Shown: positions 60,278-64,000 of the stretch, piece after piece | How the letters are laid out: each line of letters begins with the position of its first letter | How positions within the stretch are numbered: position 1 is the stretch's first letter | DNA from: Candidatus Binatia bacterium | Lineage (GTDB): Bacteria > Desulfobacterota > Binatia > UBA9968 > CAXXLF01 | Direction: 5' to 3' | Length of the DNA: 64,000 bases | Assembly (NCBI GenBank): GCA_963664015.2 | Contig: CAXXLF010000002.1 | Span: forward strand, 960,001-1,024,000 | Notes under the pieces: generated by a model | What the model was told of the DNA's origin: nothing | Databases searched by the model: none | The model's input: only the letters and a program-made list of their open reading frames with translations | Translations under genes and position numbers: made by a program

Positions 60278-62104
60278 TTAGTTTTTAATGGGGCCCCCTT
60301 CCGGCGTCCGCTTCCCCAAAACCTCGATGTTGCCTTGCGCGTCAAATCGAATTCGGGTCATCGCCGTATTCTTCCGGTAGTCTTTCTCAGCGAAAACCGT
60401 GCTCGCCACAACGACGACTCAATATTCTCCAGGAGCAACTCCCGCCAGCGATATGGATTGACCGAACAAGTTTGCAGCATAGGTATCGCTCAACCCGACC
60501 GAGATCCCTTGAACATGGCTGTCGCAGCCGTACCACTGCTCGCCCCCATCGTCGCTGAGTTGACGCTGCTCCCTCAAACACCAAGAGACCTTGGTTGTCT
60601 GGCTCACAATTGGACCGACGCTTTGACTGGGACCCACCGTCCGAAGCTGGTAGTGGGTCACTGCCGCCAGATGATAGTGATCGTGGTCATGGTGACCATG
60701 AAAAAAGAATTCGCCCACAGGATTCTGGCGAACAATCGCTGCCCCGTGATAAAGCATCTGAATTGCATTCTTATGACCCGTATTGGGGTCGGGCTGGGTC
60801 TCAATCTCCATCCGGCCGTCTCCCAGGTTCGCAAGGGTGACCTCGAGCGTCAGCTCACGGACCTCGCCCTCCTTTTTGATCTTGAAAAGGGTGGGTGGAA
60901 ACGCGACCAGGTCCGGAAGGTTTATGGATTCGCGGGAAAAACCGCTGGCCGCCAGTGAAACAATGTGATTTTCGGTGGCGAGCCACTTGGAGCCGGTTGT
61001 CTTGTCCACCGTAACGGCCTGCCACATTCCACCTACTCCCGGTAAAGCCGCCACAGTCCATTGGCCGAACCTCTGAGAATCCCGAGGGCATCTCCCACAG
61101 GGCACCCGAGTCCTCCTCTATTGCCATACCTTTGGTCACCAGCGACTTCCTGCGATCCGTGTAAATTCGATCCACCCCCCCCTCGTGGCCATTGCCCAAC
61201 CCCTTGGTCTTACTAGCGAGCCAGATCCTGCGCCGCACCAACACATCAGGGAGTAGTTGCTCGACCGATTCCCCTTGCATAGTTCCCGCACCGCCCATCG
61301 GATCCCAGCGATATCCGTCGAAACGATAAACCCCCTGATTCTTGGTGCCTACCCAGACGTCACCGTCCCTGGCCGCTAAAACGGTTGCAGGTAACGGATA
61401 CAGATGGGTGTTCCAGGAATGCCCGTCCCGCGAGGCCACGCCCGCTGGGGTTACCATCCAGAGCAGGGATTTTATCGAATCCACCGCCAGGACCCGAACA
61501 TCATCACTGGGCAATCCGTTGTGGACCGTATAGAATTTCCAGGCGGTTCCGTCATAACGACCGACCCCGGCTGCGGTCCCGATCCAGACCTCTCCCCCAT
61601 GAAGATTCACGTCCCGCACCTCATCGGTGGGAAGGTCCCCGGTCGATTGGGAAAAGCGTTTTGCCATACCCCATCATCCACTCTGAATACGCCTTCTCCG
61701 GGAACGGCCAACCATGTCACTTTGCGCAGCCCGTCACGAGCCATGGCTCTTACCACCGCTTTATGAGGCGCCGGTATCGCTTTTCAGGAAATGACCTGGA
61801 CGTCAACTGTGTCCTTGACGGTCTTCTCGTTGACTGTCAACTCGGCCACCACATGATGCCATCCGATGGAAAGGTTTGCCGTCGCAAAGGATTCACCGGT
61901 CGCCACCGTGGAGCCGTCGACAATCCACTGAACCTGGCTTCTTCGGGCCTCTTCGGTCCGTGCTTGAAACAGGATTCGCTCCCCGGCAACGAACTCGTCA
62001 CCGCTGCGTGTCCCAATAATTTCCAGCTTAACGCAACTGCTTGCCAGCATCAGGATGGCAGGAATAAGGATTCCAATGATTCGGTTGGTTGACTTGGTAC
62101 GCAT
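60278..62104 (-). pseudogene. Lipoprotein with Ig-like, beta-propeller and lysyl-oxidase-like domains, fragmented
   Basis: Lipobox LASSC; TGA at 61784; frameshift near 61665; propeller repeats (LPTDEV, NGLPSDDV, VWVGT..GVYRFDG); frameshift near 61085; LOX motifs HDHYH, KVSWCL, QGISVG.SDTY; TGA at 60419; final TAA at 60278. Confidence 0.78.
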
Positions 62105-62256
62105 AGACACGAGCCAAGGCACAGTATGCAAGAATCTAGCATCGTAATTTCTACTCTACAACCTGGAACCGAGTGGGCCAATAAACAGCATCAATAGGGA
62201 GAGGTTGTCCGTTTCGCGAGCGGGCGACAAACCAGGAGACGACTGACACGAAAGTT

Positions 62257-62997
62257 CTACAAAAATTCGCCACCGTCAATAGGTAAGACCACTCCGGTCA
62301 GGAAATCCTGGCACAGCAGGTGCAAGACGTTTTCCGCGATGATCTCCGCACTACCATGTCGCTTGAGGGGTACGCGGGATTTGGCGATCCTTTGCAAGTC
62401 CGCAACCTCCTTGCCAGAGGGCGGAAGGATCGCGCCCAGGGCTACCCCGTTAACGGTGATGCGAGGAGCGAGTTCGAGGGCCATCATCTCAGTCATTTGC
62501 CACAAGCCGCCCTTGGTTAAGCGATAGGCAAAGTGGTCCGGGCCCGCATGGCGCACACGACTGTCGGTGACGTGGATGATTTTACCCTGACGATGATCTG
62601 GGATTTGAGCCGCGAAGGCACGGCTCAGGAGAAACGGGGCTCGAAGATTGACGCTAAACAGTTCCTCCCAGAGCGCCTCATCGGTGCTCATGAAGGAATC
62701 CGACTCCCGAAAGACCGCTGCATTATTAATAAGGATATCAATATCTTGAAATCGCTTGCGGGCTGCCGGAATGACACCTTCGGTCGCCTCGAATTCCGCC
62801 AGATCTGCGGCATAAATTTCGGCCTCCACGCCGAGTGCTGCCGCATCGGCTTGGGTCTCCCGTGCCTCCCCAACTGAGCGCCTGTAATGGATAAAGACAT
62901 GGCAGCCGGCCCGAGCCAACGCTAACGTGATAGCTCGACCCAGACGGGTTGCCCCACCGCTGATAACAGCCACCTTACCGTGAAGTTCCATTACCAC
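62257..62997 (-). CDS. SDR oxidoreductase, pteridine reductase/FolM-like
   Basis: SGGATRLG, IHY.RS, NNAAVF, VNLRAPF, YRLTK, LAPRITVNG. Confidence 0.85.
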   Translation of the reverse strand: MVMELHGKVAVISGGATRLGRAITLALARAGCHVFIHYRRSVGEARETQADAAALGVEAEIYAADLAEFEATEGVIPAARKRFQDIDILINNAAVFRESDSFMSTDEALWEELFSVNLRAPFLLSRAFAAQIPDHRQGKIIHVTDSRVRHAGPDHFAYRLTKGGLWQMTEMMALELAPRITVNGVALGAILPPSGKEVADLQRIAKSRVPLKRHGSAEIIAENVLHLLCQDFLTGVVLPIDGGEFL

Positions 62998-63264
62998 CCC
63001 ATCTTAGGAATATTTCGTTATGAATTCAAGGGCATATGGGATCCCTCAAGGATGGAATCAGAAGCCTGGAGCTAAATTTTATTAAGACTCTTTTCGCATG
63101 AAACATAAAATAAAACTGAGTTCTAATAATATCAGTGTTTTTCCTCTTTACGGTTGGACAAAGCCGCCGTTCGTGGTAGCCTAACCAGCCTTCTCCGTTC
63201 CACCGGATGGGACCCTTTGCCACGGGATTTTCAGCTAAGAGCTAAGAGAAGGTTTTGTGCGATT

Positions 63265-64000
63265 ATGTGTGGAATAGCGGCATATGTAGGTACGCAGTCA
63301 GACCGGGTCTCTGAAAAGATCAAGGGGATAGCGAACCAGCTCCGTCACCGTGGCCCCGATGACTCAGGTTACCTGCACAGGGGCTCCACGGTACTTGCCC
63401 ACCGGCGATTGTCGATCATCGACCTTGCCGGTGGAAAGCAGCCTATTTACAACGAGACCGGTGATTTGGCGGTCATCTCCAATGGCGAGATCTACAATCA
63501 TGAGTTGCTGCGTCGCGAGTTGCAGGAGCGCCACCGGTTTCGGACGAATTCGGATTTCGAGGTCCTCCTTCATCTTTATGAAGATTTGGGGGAATCATGC
63601 GTATCCAAACTGGATGGCATGTTTGCCTTCGTTATCAGTGATGGTGAACAAGTCTTCGCCGCACGCGATCCCCTAGGCATCAAGCCTCTTTACGTGGGCA
63701 GGGATCATAACGGCGGACTTTGGTTCGCCTCCGAGCTCAAGGCACTGATTGACGTTTGCACCAGCATCGATGAAGTCCCGCCGGGATTTACCTACTCTCA
63801 GGGAAAGTTGAAGCGTTGGTTTGAACCCGTATGGCGGGAGCCACAGGATCCGCCAACGGCCCTTGAACCCGGTGCCATTAGAGCCAGTCTGGAATCTGCC
63901 GTGGTCAAACGGTTGATGAGCGACGTTCCGGTGGGCGTCTTTCTCTCCGGTGGGCTCGATTCAAGCGTGATCGCTGCGCTGGTGCGCCGACACGTTGACG
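63265..64000 (+). CDS. asnB: Glutamine-hydrolysing asparagine synthase family protein (runs off the window)
   Basis: Manual translation: MCGI, HRGPD, AHRRLSIIDL, NGEIYNH, ARDPLGIKPL, FASELKAL, SDVPVGVFLSGGLDSS. Confidence 0.93.
   Translation, partial: MCGIAAYVGTQSDRVSEKIKGIANQLRHRGPDDSGYLHRGSTVLAHRRLSIIDLAGGKQPIYNETGDLAVISNGEIYNHELLRRELQERHRFRTNSDFEVLLHLYEDLGESCVSKLDGMFAFVISDGEQVFAARDPLGIKPLYVGRDHNGGLWFASELKALIDVCTSIDEVPPGFTYSQGKLKRWFEPVWREPQDPPTALEPGAIRASLESAVVKRLMSDVPVGVFLSGGLDSSVIAALVRRHVD

Noticed and set aside
60419-61786. UGA recoding (Trp or Sec) suggested by two in-frame TGAs in the LOX-like gene
   Set aside because: Many intact genes here end in TGA and the same gene also has frameshifts; decay is simpler
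1-64000. CRISPR arrays, tRNA genes, prophage or defence genes
   Set aside because: No regularly spaced repeats, cloverleaf motifs, or phage/cas signatures found by eye

Overview
Bacterial chromosomal window, mostly GC-rich and densely coding. The gene repertoire (tilS-ftsH-folP, LLM monooxygenase, amidohydrolase-2, Rieske oxygenase, orphan solute-binding protein) looks Deltaproteobacteria/Candidatus Binatia-like; this taxonomic call is inference. It carries housekeeping genes (folP, ftsH, tilS, rpoZ, bioB, aas, pgeF, acyl-CoA carboxylase subunits, tatC and tatA/B, fabF-fabH, pyrE, pncB, etfBA, asnB), a complete MoxR/vWA (Bat-type) operon, and several catabolic oxygenase/hydrolase modules. An AT-richer island at about 54.9-58.75 kb holds a subtilase, a PrcB-like partner, an IS630 remnant and a dead resolvase. 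Both sensor kinases and a lipoprotein/beta-propeller/lysyl-oxidase-domain gene are multiply disrupted. Intergenic DNA contains two families of dispersed palindromic elements. The most striking unannotated feature is a self-contained ~180-nt transcription unit at 33.79-34.01 kb: a consensus sigma70 promoter, a 19-nt stretch antisense to the consensus 16S rRNA 3' end (every deviation preserves G-U pairing), a 14-codon ORF, a long hairpin starting at the stop codon, and a perfect terminator. No tRNA, rRNA or CRISPR array was seen.
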